DNA of 63,582 nt, the filler included, from Stramenopiles sp. TOSAG23-2 (taxonomy: Eukaryota), in NCBI GenBank assembly GCA_900128395.1. It is 20 parts of 20 records of this genome, joined end to end, with 100 filler letters (N's around TTAATTAATTAA, not from the genome) between each part and the next. Parts side by side here need not be neighbours in the genome. Positions count along the whole stretch, not along the records: positions 47,858 to 50,928 come from LT651382.1; positions 51,029 to 54,098 come from LT651383.1; positions 54,199 to 57,261 come from LT651384.1; positions 57,362 to 60,424 come from LT651385.1; 16 more parts are not named here. One strand, 5' to 3'. The notes below the pieces were generated by a model. That model ran no database searches. It had not been told where the DNA came from and saw only the letters and a list, made by a program, of their open reading frames with translations. Below, piece by piece: positions 47,860-59,052 of this stretch. The position numbers and the translations under genes are program-made. The stretch's first letter is position 1. Every line of letters starts with the position of its first letter.

Positions 47860-50172
47860 ACTGGATTGGATGCAGTAGAATGGGCAAAGAAAGGTGTTAG
47901 TTTAGGTGCAGGAGAAATTTTATTAACAAGTTTTGATGAAGATGGCCAAGGCAAAGGATTTGATTGTAAACTTTTAAATGCCGTTTCAACTGCCGTGGAT
48001 GTACCAGTCATTGCATCTGGTGGTGCAAAAACGGCACAGCATATGATCAATGCCTTTGAGAGCGGAGCAGATGCGGTATTAGCTGCAACAATTTTTCATT
48101 TTGGGGAGACAACAGTTGGTAAATTAAAGTTGGAAATTGGTGATTCTTTTCCAGTTCGCATGACATCAAATTTAACAAAAAATATTGCAAAATTAGAAAA
48201 GAAAGCACAGACAATTATTCCAAGTATCGATTTGATGGGTGGCAATGCTGTACAATTAGTAGGTGGTGATCCAAATAAATTGGAAGTGGATGGTGGCAAT
48301 CCTATGAAATTAGTCAATCGTTTTGGTATTGCAGGGGAAGTTGCCGTGATTGATTTAGATAGTGCATTTGGGAAAGGTAAAGATAATGTCGAAGTTGTAC
48401 ATAATTTAATCAAATCTGGTGTCCAATGCCGAGTTGGTGGTGGTATACGATCAAAAGAAAAGGCACTTGATTATTTAAATGCAGGTGCGACGCAAGTAAT
48501 CGTAGGCACAGCAGCATCGCCAGAATTTTGCAAAGAATTACCACGTGATCGTATTATGGTAGCATTAGATGCACGCCATGGTGAAGTTGTTACACATGGA
48601 TGGACGACTAAAACTGGTGCAACCGTGAAAGATCGTTTGAAGGAATTATGCCCATATGCATCTTCTTTTTTAATTACATTTGTTGAACGGGAAGGTCGAT
48701 TGAAAGGCTGTGACTTCCCTGCAATACAAGAATTAGTTGATATTGCAAAGGCATCTGAAATTCAACCTGTTTCGTTAACTATAGCTGGTGGCATTACAAC
48801 AACAAGTGACATTGCAAGGTTAGATGCCATGGGTGTACAAGCACAAGTTGGAATGGCATTGTATACTAAGAAATTGCATTTAGGTGATGCCATATTTGCA
48901 CCTATGAAATCTGACAGACCAGATCGTATGATACCAACTGTAGTTGCAGATCAAAGTAATCGTGTTTTAGGATTAGCGTTTTCAAACGAGGCGAGTATAC
49001 GAGCATGTATTGATAATTGTGCTGGCGCATATTGGTCGCGTTCAAGAAATAATTTATGGATTAAAGGTGCAACCAGTGGAGACACCCAAGAGTTAGTTCG
49101 TATCGATATGGATTGTGATCGTGATGCATTTCGTTTCATAGTCAAACCAAAATCAAGAACTAGTGGGTTTTGCCATGTGCCGGGGCAACCGGAGTGTTTT
49201 GGTAAAGCACGTGGATTAGCACATCTAGAAGCATCTGTATTTTCACGTTTGGAAAATGCACCGGAAGGTTCTTATACCATGCGCTTATTTAAAGACAAAG
49301 CGTTGTTGGAAAATAAATTATTAGAAGAGGCTGGAGAATTAGCTGAAGCGGAAGAACCAGCTCATGTTGCAGAGGAATATGCGGATGTTTTATATTTTGC
49401 AATGGTTAAAGCTGTTAGCAAAGGTGTTAGTATCGCTGATTTAGAAAGATGTTTAGATCGACGTGCATTGAGGGTATCGCGTAGAAAAGGAAATGCAAAA
49501 CCAGGATCCTATAAAAAGCAAAAAGAACAAAAAGAAAAAAGGATAACTGATAAGAAGAAAAGTTCTAAAATTTCAACTAGCAAAAATCGCACATCAGGAA
49601 CATTGTCACGTAAATCTGCGGAGACGGAAATAGTAGTCTCAGTTGATATTGATGGTACTGGCAAGGCAAAGGTTGATACTGGTTTAGGATTTTTAGACCA
49701 TATGATATCCGCATTAGCAAAACATTCATCGATGGACATAGCATTAAAAGCAAAGGGTGATTTATATGTTGATGATCATCACACTGCTGAAGATTGTGGT
49801 ATAATGTTAGGTAAAGCTATTGATGCAGCATTGGGGCAACGTAAAGATATTGCACGTTGGGGATGGGGTTTATGCCCATTGGATGAAGCATTATCAAGAG
49901 CCGTTGTTGATGTTAGTGGTAGACCACATGCACATGTAAAATTAAATTTAAAACGTGAAATGATTGGGGAAATATCAACTGAAATGTTGACTCATTTTAT
50001 TGAATCCGTAGTAACAGCCGCGCGTTTAACCGTACATGTAACCAATTTAGAAGGTACAAATGATCATCATCGTAGTGAAAGTGCATTTAAAGCATTAGCA
50101 GTTGCGTTGAAAATGGCATTTGCTTATAAGGCTGGTGCTGGTGTATTATCAACAAAAGATTTAATCGATTAA
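47860..50172 (+). CDS. hisF-hisA-hisI-hisE-hisB: Multifunctional histidine biosynthesis fusion HisF(C-terminal half)-HisA-like-HisI-HisE-HisB(IGPD), 5'-partial
   Basis: His[11 protein letters not shown]...GAGEILLTS...VIASGGA. HisA: IIPSIDL, VGGGIR, VALD, AGGI. HisI: YWSRSR...WIKGATSG...DCDRD...FCH...C. HisE: SYT...KLLEEAGE...[35 protein letters not shown]. Confidence 0.95.
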   Translation, partial: TGLDAVEWAKKGVSLGAGEILLTSFDEDGQGKGFDCKLLNAVSTAVDVPVIASGGAKTAQHMINAFESGADAVLAATIFHFGETTVGKLKLEIGDSFPVRMTSNLTKNIAKLEKKAQTIIPSIDLMGGNAVQLVGGDPNKLEVDGGNPMKLVNRFGIAGEVAVIDLDSAFGKGKDNVEVVHNLIKSGVQCRVGGGIRSKEKALDYLNAGATQVIVGTAASPEFCKELPRDRIMVALDARHGEVVTHGWTTKTGATVKDRLKELCPYASSFLITFVEREGRLKGCDFPAIQELVDIAKASEIQPVSLTIAGGITTTSDIARLDAMGVQAQVGMALYTKKLHLGDAIFAPMKSDRPDRMIPTVVADQSNRVLGLAFSNEASIRACIDNCAGAYWSRSRNNLWIKGATSGDTQELVRIDMDCDRDAFRFIVKPKSRTSGFCHVPGQPECFGKARGLAHLEASVFSRLENAPEGSYTMRLFKDKALLENKLLEEAGELAEAEEPAHVAEEYADVLYFAMVKAVSKGVSIADLERCLDRRALRVSRRKGNAKPGSYKKQKEQKEKRITDKKKSSKISTSKNRTSGTLSRKSAETEIVVSVDIDGTGKAKVDTGLGFLDHMISALAKHSSMDIALKAKGDLYVDDHHTAEDCGIMLGKAIDAALGQRKDIARWGWGLCPLDEALSRAVVDVSGRPHAHVKLNLKREMIGEISTEMLTHFIESVVTAARLTVHVTNLEGTNDHHRSESAFKALAVALKMAFAYKAGAGVLSTKDLID

Positions 50173-50549
50173 ATAAAGAGAGAGAGAGAGAGAGAGAATA
50201 AGGGTATTTGAAGGGTGAGAAAATGTAGATTAATATATATTACAAATCTGGATATAAATATATATGTGCGGGAATGTAATATAGTTTTTTTGATATTTTT
50301 ATATACCACGCGTGTTTTTATAAAAATATATAAAGCCTTTTGTTCCAATTTTAAAAATTGACATAATAAATACAAATTGCCTTTTATTTGATATCACAAT
50401 AAATTGGATACACATCGATTTCACCTATCACATGACAATACTTTATACTTAAAAGGGAAATTAGAATATGTCAAAAAATACCAGAAATATACAGTATCAT
50501 ATGAAATAGAATTTAATACACACCTATAAATTATATATATTTACATAAA

Positions 50550-50928
50550 TTAAGAAATGTTTTACATCATTCAATCAATGAAGAAAATGTTGGAACAGTT
50601 AGAAAATTATTTCAATCTATTGATACTAAAGGAAGAGGAGTTGTATCTCGTAAAGATTTTTACAAAGTATTAAAACATGTTTCCAATAAACAAATACCGA
50701 TGGCAGATATTGATAAAGTTGTTCGACATCTTCCATCAAGAGGTGTTGGGGAAGGTATTCCATATGAACATTTTACAAATCAAATGTTAGGGAAAACGGA
50801 GAGAAATAAATTATCACCATATAAAGTGAAATGGCTTGCAGATCAAGGTGAATTTTTTGAAGCCACATCACCAAAAAAGAATAATTATTCACCAGTAACA
50901 GGTCGTGGCATTATATTACCAAGGTCGT
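50550..50928 (+). CDS. EF-hand-like protein fragment (start unresolved, 3'-truncated)
   Basis: Frame reads VRKLFQSIDTKGRGVVSRKDFYKVL...IPYEHF. Confidence 0.5.
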
Positions 50929-51028
50929 NNNNNNNNNNNNNNNNNNNNNNNNNNNNNNNNNNNNNNNNNNNNTTAATTAATTAANNNNNNNNNNNNNNNN
51001 NNNNNNNNNNNNNNNNNNNNNNNNNNNN

Positions 51029-52315
51029 AAACAAAGCATAGCAGAAACATTTGCAAAGAAAAACACACCACATATATTTTATAAAACAGATTTTGAAACA
51101 TGGAAAGCACGCAAAGAACCGTGGGATGGTATATATTTCAAAAAGAAAATTATGGAATCATTAACTGGAATATATATGAAAGTAAACAATCCACACTTTG
51201 GCCCATATTTTGATCCAGCTCGGCCATATAATAGATTACAACAAGTAAAACCAAAACATGCATATTTTGACAATCATACAATGCTAATGTCGACATTTAT
51301 AAATCATGTACAAAGTGATGATGATATGTTATCAACTGATAATGCCGATGAGAAAGCAAAGAGCCACCACCACCACCATTATTATTATTTATCAAAAGAA
51401 ATTGATAATATTGATAAATCATTAATTCAAGATATTTATCCGTATCATGAATTATTACGCCTGAATCCACAAAAAACATCTATCAACTGTTGGATAGGAC
51501 AAAGTGGAGTTGTCACACCATGCCATTATGATGGTTATCATAATATTTATGTACAATTATCAGGATATAAAATGTTTTACTTGGCACCGCCGACTCTAAG
51601 AAATTCTGTTAAACCATATCCATTTTTGCACCCGTCCCAAGGGCAATGTCAAATTGACAATTATATGTTTGCAGATGATAATCCTACAATTGCATTATTA
51701 AAACCTGGTGATGTTTTATATATCCCACCATTATGGTTCCATAGTGTTGTTTCAATATCACCATCGTACAGTGTAAATGCATGGACAGAGGATGTAAACG
51801 TGGCACATGTAAATGAAATATTTCATACAAAGCTACCATACATTTTACGCAACAGTAAGGAAAATAATAATAAAGAATTGCAAGAAGAAAATGAAAATAT
51901 ATTAAATATACTGATGGTAATATATAAAATTACATATTTAATATTTGAAAAAGACGATTCTACAACATTGATGTATTTTAAACAATTAAACAATAGACGA
52001 TACGATGCATTAATAGAAAACCAAGAACTACCAAATATTGAAATACCTCATACTAATAAAGATTGGTTAATAAATATATGTTCGAAAGGTAATTTGAATA
52101 AATATCACATCTTTCAAATCAGAGATGTACAAAATTACGTTAAAACCATTGTAAATAAATTTATGAGTGATAAGATATCATCTGTAACCCGGGAAACTTG
52201 GCTAAGCAATTATGTTGAATATGTACTAATTAATAGCCTTGGCATGGAATATTTAAAGTATATCCCAAGACTTATTTCAATAGATATGGTAAAATGTGGT
52301 GAAAAGCTGTTTTGA
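51029..52315 (+). CDS. JmjC/Cupin_8 2OG-Fe(II) hydroxylase, 5'-partial
   Basis: NCWIG...TPCHYDGYHNIYVQLSGYK...LKPGDVLYIPPLWFHSV (HxD...H triad). Confidence 0.9.
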   Translation, partial: KQSIAETFAKKNTPHIFYKTDFETWKARKEPWDGIYFKKKIMESLTGIYMKVNNPHFGPYFDPARPYNRLQQVKPKHAYFDNHTMLMSTFINHVQSDDDMLSTDNADEKAKSHHHHHYYYLSKEIDNIDKSLIQDIYPYHELLRLNPQKTSINCWIGQSGVVTPCHYDGYHNIYVQLSGYKMFYLAPPTLRNSVKPYPFLHPSQGQCQIDNYMFADDNPTIALLKPGDVLYIPPLWFHSVVSISPSYSVNAWTEDVNVAHVNEIFHTKLPYILRNSKENNNKELQEENENILNILMVIYKITYLIFEKDDSTTLMYFKQLNNRRYDALIENQELPNIEIPHTNKDWLINICSKGNLNKYHIFQIRDVQNYVKTIVNKFMSDKISSVTRETWLSNYVEYVLINSLGMEYLKYIPRLISIDMVKCGEKLF

Positions 52316-52562
52316 AAAAAATTAGGATAATGATACCTCTCTAGGTATCATATTATAATATATATCTATTAAAATAACGGTGTGCAGTGTGTGCATCATT
52401 TACGAAGTATTAACAAAAAGGATAATAATATCTCTCTCATTAAATATCCATAAAATTTTTACGAAATCGTACACTATTATGATCGATAACCTCTCTCTGA
52501 CTAATTATTTCTTATCTCCTCCATATTTTTTTATATTATCGTGTGTGACGACACAGCTCCTT

Positions 52563-53948
52563 TCAAAATGGAGCGCCACCATGAGTTATTGGACACCATC
52601 TCATCTCAACCATTTTTAACTCATGTTGATTTTGAAATCTTTGCAATATTGCTAGATCTTCCCCTTTTTTCTCTGCTTCTTCCAACATCTTCCAACTATT
52701 CAAATAATGCAATACATAATATGCAGTTGCCATTGTATAACGATCATCATCAGTTTTTGATATAGATTCCATTGCAGTATATATTGCATTTTGTTGTTCA
52801 TTTGACATGATAAAATTTGCTTTAGCAAAAGTTAATAATGCATAGCACATATTTTGCCTTGTCGTCGTGGTTAAGTATACATTATCTTGTGAGATATATT
52901 TTAAACATATATCTATCAATTTCTCTGCACATTTTGCATTTTTATTATATACAATGCGTTGTGCTATACCCCAAATGGCTTGTGATACTAAACTTATTCC
53001 TAATGATTCTTTTCGAATTGTAAAGTCAAATTTATAATATTTGCTACTTTGTTTAATACTACGTCTCCACATATTTTTCATATCTTCATCCGATACGACT
53101 TTTCCAGTACGTTCATTGATTGGTTTACCACCTTGTTCAACTGCAATTTGCAAACGTTCCATTAATGTACCAATTTCTTTCACAATATTCAAGTTGACTG
53201 TTTCAATACCTTCACCAATAGCAATCGCAGCACGCGATGCTACTGGAAATGATTTATGTCGAAGCAATGGTAGTAAAATAGGTATGGCAGCATCTCCACT
53301 TTCAGCCAATGCCCAAATAGTTGCACGATGTAAAGCAATTTGCCGATCACCATTATCTACAGCCATCCATTCTTTTCTAGTCTCTGGCATCATGTTTTTA
53401 CTATAATCTGTAATCATGATTTCTTTCAATATTTCAAATATTTTGGCTTTTCTAGAATAACTTATATCTTGATTGTCATCATGTAAAGCAGCACCTATTG
53501 CATATGCAGCACCAATTCTTTCTTTTTCCGTATATGTTTCTTTCATATTGAATAAATATAGTAATTGATCAATAGTTCTGACTTTTACTGGTGCTCTTGT
53601 TGGTATTACCTTCTTATCATCATCGTTTGCATTTAAAATGCTATTATTATATATTTTGCCACCTTTCATCCAATTGTATATTGAACGCCATACATTTAAC
53701 ATTGGATTTGTCAATGTTGCATTTGGAAATGGTAAAAATTTTGGATTATGATTCCAGGTAGGTTTGGTTGGTATTTGTGTAGTAAAAAATTGAAATTTTA
53801 CCATGGGTCTTGCTGGATGTTCTTTTGTAAATTCTTCTATCAACCGTTTTGTACCACGATGCCATATATGGAAATGAATCATTACTGCAAATGCTTGACC
53901 AGTTTTTAATGTATTTAATTTAATGGGGACAGGGGGACACAGTAGCAA
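52563..53948 (-). CDS. PhyH-like dioxygenase C-terminus fused to HEAT-like repeats, 5'-partial
   Basis: IHFHIWHRG...RPMVKFQF, then helical repeats (AAYAIG, WALAESGDAAIPILLPLL), ending RWCPITHGGAPF. Confidence 0.65.
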   Translation of the reverse strand: MLLCPPVPIKLNTLKTGQAFAVMIHFHIWHRGTKRLIEEFTKEHPARPMVKFQFFTTQIPTKPTWNHNPKFLPFPNATLTNPMLNVWRSIYNWMKGGKIYNNSILNANDDDKKVIPTRAPVKVRTIDQLLYLFNMKETYTEKERIGAAYAIGAALHDDNQDISYSRKAKIFEILKEIMITDYSKNMMPETRKEWMAVDNGDRQIALHRATIWALAESGDAAIPILLPLLRHKSFPVASRAAIAIGEGIETVNLNIVKEIGTLMERLQIAVEQGGKPINERTGKVVSDEDMKNMWRRSIKQSSKYYKFDFTIRKESLGISLVSQAIWGIAQRIVYNKNAKCAEKLIDICLKYISQDNVYLTTTTRQNMCYALLTFAKANFIMSNEQQNAIYTAMESISKTDDDRYTMATAYYVLHYLNSWKMLEEAEKKGEDLAILQRFQNQHELKMVEMRWCPITHGGAPF

Positions 53949-54199
53949 CAGTAAATATGATGAATGTTTTAAAAATCAACACAAAATTTAACCCTACATT
54001 TACTACTATGATGTATTATGTATTATCATTATTTAATACAAATAGTTTGCGATAACATGACTATACCTGGAAAAACACAACACCAACTCCCCACACTGNN
54101 NNNNNNNNNNNNNNNNNNNNNNNNNNNNNNNNNNNNNNNNNNTTAATTAATTAANNNNNNNNNNNNNNNNNNNNNNNNNNNNNNNNNNNNNNNNNNNNG

Positions 54200-55123
54200 A
54201 AAAGAAGAAATTATAATAAAAAAACAAAAATTAATAATAATAATGACTTTTATATAGATGTAATGAAACCTGGTAATGAATACGAAGAATGTTTAGAAAT
54301 TGCAATTGATGCTTTTAAAAATCGTAATCCATGCGTTAAATTATTAAAACCAAAAGAGAAAGAATTAAGGGAAATGTTTATTGATGGAAGTAAAAATGGG
54401 ATTAATAATGGTTTATGCCTTGTTTGTCGTGATCGAAATAACAATAATGACTTGGCAGGATTTCTATTTAATCAACAATTAAATGTTTACAATGGCCATT
54501 TCAAAGAACCAGTCAAAGGCAAAGATAAGTTATACTACATGTTTAAATTTGCAGAATATTTATATTATAAATGTGCATTAGATATTAATTGTGATATAGG
54601 TATAGGTTCAGTAATTACAGGGAAGACATTGCATGTATCTGCTGGCGGGACAGCAAAAGGTTATGAAGGTAAAGGTGTAGGAACGATGTTACGTAAATAT
54701 GTGCTTATGCATGCAGAAAAACATTGTTTTGATCGTGTAGTGGTTGAGCCAGCAAATGGTGCAACGATGCACATATGGACGAACAAATGCGGCCCAGGAT
54801 ATCACTTGAGAACAAAAGAACATTTTTTACCGTTTAAAATCGATAATCATCAACCATTTGCTGGTATAGATAAAAAAGAAGAAATGGGAATTGTGGAAGG
54901 AATTGTAAATGATGATGAATTTGATCTGAAAAATAGTGTATGTTGCAAATATTGTAACTTTGGTTTCTTAATGTGTAATTGCTATTTGTGTTGTTTTCGG
55001 GAATATAAAAATGAAAATGCTGCCAACCAAGATTATGTAATAAATAACAATACTGGTGTTACAGGTAAAGATGGAGCACCAAAAGGGATTTCTATGTCAA
55101 GAAATGATAAAAAAAATGATTAA
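54200..55123 (+). CDS. GNAT-family acetyltransferase with Cys-rich tail, probably 5'-partial
   Basis: LHVSAGGTAKGYEGKGVGTML (motif A) and VVEPANGATMHIW; frame open from the contig start. Confidence 0.7.
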   Translation, partial: KRRNYNKKTKINNNNDFYIDVMKPGNEYEECLEIAIDAFKNRNPCVKLLKPKEKELREMFIDGSKNGINNGLCLVCRDRNNNNDLAGFLFNQQLNVYNGHFKEPVKGKDKLYYMFKFAEYLYYKCALDINCDIGIGSVITGKTLHVSAGGTAKGYEGKGVGTMLRKYVLMHAEKHCFDRVVVEPANGATMHIWTNKCGPGYHLRTKEHFLPFKIDNHQPFAGIDKKEEMGIVEGIVNDDEFDLKNSVCCKYCNFGFLMCNCYLCCFREYKNENAANQDYVINNNTGVTGKDGAPKGISMSRNDKKND

Positions 55124-55314
55124 AAAGAATCAAGAAGGATAGGAGAGAAGAGAGTGAGAAATAAAAAATGTGTACATGCAATATAATATATATACTCGTA
55201 AAAAATCAATTCCCTCTGTGTATATAATATTTTTGATATTTGTAATTTGATAAAATATTGATATTTTGTACTTAATATCTCTCAAATTGAAAGACAACTA
55301 TGCATATGCATTAG

Positions 55315-56610
55315 CTACTTTTTTCTCATGGACCTTCTTCTTCGTCTATTTGATATATATGATGATGTTATATTTTTTTCTTCACGACTTGTAGCATGAT
55401 TTCTTTTTTTTAATCTACCACGATCAGTTAAATTGTATCCAACAAATTCTGACAATAAGTAATAACAAATATCATTTGGTAATTCCAGTCTTTTTGAAAA
55501 TACTTCAACAATATCACGAGTTTTACATATTACATACTGTGCAAGGTATAATTCATTTTTCATATTATATCGTTTTTCAAATAAAGTATTAATACACAGA
55601 TCAATTGTATTAATATCATTTGTTTCATGTAAAATAGATGTTGATATATGTTTCAATTCATTTACATCAAACATGACTTTAGTTCCTAAATATTCTTCAT
55701 CTAGTTCTTGTTCGTCATTGCGATCATCAACAATGACAAGATCAGAATCAAATGAAAATGTACGTGTTGGTGAATTAATTACGGCTAATAAAACACTTTC
55801 AGAAATTTTTTTCATATGACGTTTCAAACAATCCCTACAACAATCGTCATCAACAATTGCATCGTATACAATAATGTTTATGATTTTTACTAATTGAATT
55901 GTTTCAAACGATGCTTTTGATATGTAATTATCACATAATAATTCAAATGCATCGTATGATGAAAACCAATAAAATAGAAAGGATTTCCAATATAATATTA
56001 CTGTATGTGTGCCATGTGTTGTATATGGACAAACTGATGATGGTTTTTGATGATTTTGTGCTTCCATTAATAATATATTATATTTTTTTGATATTATTTT
56101 TGTATTATTAAATTCCAAACAAAATTCTAATACGGGTGATGCTAATACTTGTACACATAAATATACATTATTTAATACTTTTGACGATGGCAATAATAAT
56201 AATTTCCTAGGTGATAGCAATGATTTAGTTGTTGTTTTTGATATAGGTGGCCAAATAGATCGACGAGTAGATGAAATGAAATCTAAAAAATTATACTCTA
56301 TGTATTTCAAAATAAATAAAATACCATGTTCAAATTCTCTTATTGGTAAACCATATTCAGCCATATTTAAAGCAATATTTTGTATAAATACGTAATAATC
56401 AGTTGTTTCAAAAATATATGGATGCTTCGTAACAAAATTAAACCATGCATCAATTTCATAATATCGCTCTATTGGTATTAATGCTTTCTTTTTCAATTTA
56501 TTATTATTATTTGTTCTTGTTATTTTGAATTTTTTATTGAAATTATTTGTTAAACATGTTAATGATATAGAAGGTGGTTTTTTAGCTGACGATTTATATA
56601 CATGATTCAT
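55315..56610 (-). CDS. Hypothetical protein
   Basis: 431-aa ATG-initiated ORF; no recognisable motif. Confidence 0.55.
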   Translation of the reverse strand: MNHVYKSSAKKPPSISLTCLTNNFNKKFKITRTNNNNKLKKKALIPIERYYEIDAWFNFVTKHPYIFETTDYYVFIQNIALNMAEYGLPIREFEHGILFILKYIEYNFLDFISSTRRSIWPPISKTTTKSLLSPRKLLLLPSSKVLNNVYLCVQVLASPVLEFCLEFNNTKIISKKYNILLMEAQNHQKPSSVCPYTTHGTHTVILYWKSFLFYWFSSYDAFELLCDNYISKASFETIQLVKIINIIVYDAIVDDDCCRDCLKRHMKKISESVLLAVINSPTRTFSFDSDLVIVDDRNDEQELDEEYLGTKVMFDVNELKHISTSILHETNDINTIDLCINTLFEKRYNMKNELYLAQYVICKTRDIVEVFSKRLELPNDICYYLLSEFVGYNLTDRGRLKKRNHATSREEKNITSSYISNRRRRRSMRKK

Positions 56611-57569
56611 TTGTTATAAATAAACAATACGATATATCAGACAAGAACATCAATTTATATCTATTCTATAAGTATCATATATATTGAAAGAATATTGTTC
56701 TGGTCTATTTGTATCATTGGTGCATTGTGGCCATTTTATTCTATATCTATATTTTGAAATAATAAAAAATATAACGTTTTCAATAATCATAATATAATAT
56801 GTGTGCATATAGTTGCCATACAAAAGTACAAAATTAAGTATACAGTTTTATACTAGGTAACTGGTCCGACTAAATATCAAACATGGAAAAATCTTCTTTC
56901 ATAATGAATGCTCTGTCTATGTTATTGTTCTATATGCTATGTCCATGTATTCAAACAGTCTCTCTGTTCACAGATTTTTTATGATAAAGGCGGGAATAAA
57001 ATGATAACATTGTCAATGTCGTCAGATTAAGATAAAATTCACAAAATAAAATAAATAATAAAAATAAAACGCAGTACTATAGAAAAAATAAGATCATAAA
57101 AACATAGATAGACAAGTATATAAAATATAAATCTAGAATAAAAGAAGAAGGAGAATATTGTCAATCCTTCCTTGGAGCTTTCGAGGGAAAGACTCTGCGC
57201 TTGCCCGCTTGCACAGAGTAGGCTTTGAGCTTTGAGAGCGAAGAGAGAGATGTGCGTCTATNNNNNNNNNNNNNNNNNNNNNNNNNNNNNNNNNNNNNNN
57301 NNNNNTTAATTAATTAANNNNNNNNNNNNNNNNNNNNNNNNNNNNNNNNNNNNNNNNNNNNATTAAGTAATATATCACCACCTTTTCTATGTTCATATTT
57401 GAAGACAGACAGAAACAGATAGGTTGCCAAATTTGTTTTTGTTTCAAATTGCTTAAAACTCATTGGTTCATATCAATTGTAATCTGCAAGCGGCAAGCGG
57501 TGACAATCCAAACTCGGCCTCTTCACATGTATTAATAAAGATGTTGAACTAAAAATAAAATTGTAAAAA

Positions 57570-57752
57570 AAATGTTACAATGTACACAAAGATAAATAGA
57601 AAGGAAAAAGCTGAGAAAATATGCTAAAAAAATTAGTGAAATTGCTTATTATTTGCAATAAAGATTGTCAAAAACAGCACTGGAAAGCTCATAAACATAC
57701 ATGCATAATCCTTACTGATGAATTAAAAATAGAATCAAAAAAATGGCCGTAA
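57570..57752 (+). pseudogene. Degenerate MYND zinc-finger fragment
   Basis: IAYY(+1 frameshift)CNKDCQKQHWKAHKHTC; the upstream Cys pairs are broken by stops. Confidence 0.7.
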
Positions 57753-58757
57753 ATCCAATAAAAAAAGTTTTGCAGGTATGCATGGTGTATATGGAGCAAT
57801 TCAAAGATGTGTACAACAATTTTGGAAATTTCAATCACAACATTTCATGTTAAAAATAGGGTTATCTTGTGTTAAAAGTAGGGTTTATGCCCTCACCGGT
57901 TCTCAAGCAAAAAGATAGTCGGAACACACGACATAGTTCTCTTTGTCTTGAGCGTCGTTAGCTCTCCTGAGCGTCGTGTGTTCCGACTAGAGCGTCGTAT
58001 GTTCGATACAAATACAAAAGATACGTCCATTTTTTTTTTATTTTTTTTACGACGAAACAAACATGGCAAGGTTAACAAACAAAAAAAAAAAAAACCCAAA
58101 CTGCAAAGATACGACACTTTTTCCATTGAATGAATTGGAAATATCCAGACTAGCAATCAATGCCAAACGTATGTAATGAATGGGACCAAGACTCTCTATA
58201 TATATGTATATCACCACATTTTGCGTGTCGTAACATATTTTCATTTTGGCAATTAACCATAATAACAATAATAATAATTATGTACCTGTATTTCTTTTTA
58301 CGTTATGCATTATCAAGAGTATATATATTCTTTTCCATATCATATATATCAATATGGGTTGTTTTAGATTTTTAAAATTAGTTAGATGTTAGATTGTGTT
58401 TTGCCGGGGTCATTACTCCATGAAATAAGGTATTTTGTTTTAGAATAAGGGGGTTTGCTCTTTGTATTATTCTATAATTTTACTACATATAAATCTAGTT
58501 TAAAATTCATTAAAATTCCTATTTGTCACTCGCTATCAGCAATCTGCAATCTTGGCAATCTGCGACAATCCGGGTTTTTTTCTTAACGCAGCATGTTGTT
58601 TTTTTGTACTTTTAAGTTTTTTTTTTAGTTTATTAATAATATATGATGACTTAGAAAAAACAAATAACGGTTTTAACGTTTGCCAGGTTGCATGTAGTAA
58701 TCGATAGATATCAAAATAACAACACGGTACCAACAACCAAACAGTTCGAATGTTAAT

Positions 58758-59052
58758 ACTAGTAAAAGTTTAGATGATGAAATTATTTCATTTTTAAATA
58801 GTTCACCAAGGCCTGAATCATTTCAAACACGTCGTTTGGTGGAAAGTGAGGAGAATACTAATAATAACGGCTGGGGGGGAACATCTCGTATATATAAACT
58901 AGTAAAAGTTTAGATGATGAAATTATTTCATTTTTAAATAGTTCACCAAGGCTTGAATCATTTCAAACATGTAGTTTGGTGGAAAGTGAAAAGAATAAAA
59001 ACTAATAATAACGGATGGGGGGGGGGGGGGGGGGAACATCTCGTATATATAA
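58758..59052. repeat. Diverged ~140-bp tandem duplication in decayed coding-like sequence
   Basis: actagtaaaagtttagatgatgaaattatttc...gggaacatctcgtatatataa occurs twice, with substitutions and different poly-G lengths. Confidence 0.85.

Noticed and set aside
47860-50172. His fusion as a contaminating bacterial operon
   Set aside because: It is a single stop-free frame with linkers, has host-like AT-rich codon use, and is followed by a (GA)n microsatellite and an EF-hand-like gene.
52330-52351. 9-bp hairpin after the JmjC stop, resembling a terminator
   Set aside because: Eukaryotic context, AT-rich stem and no U-tract; plausible by chance.
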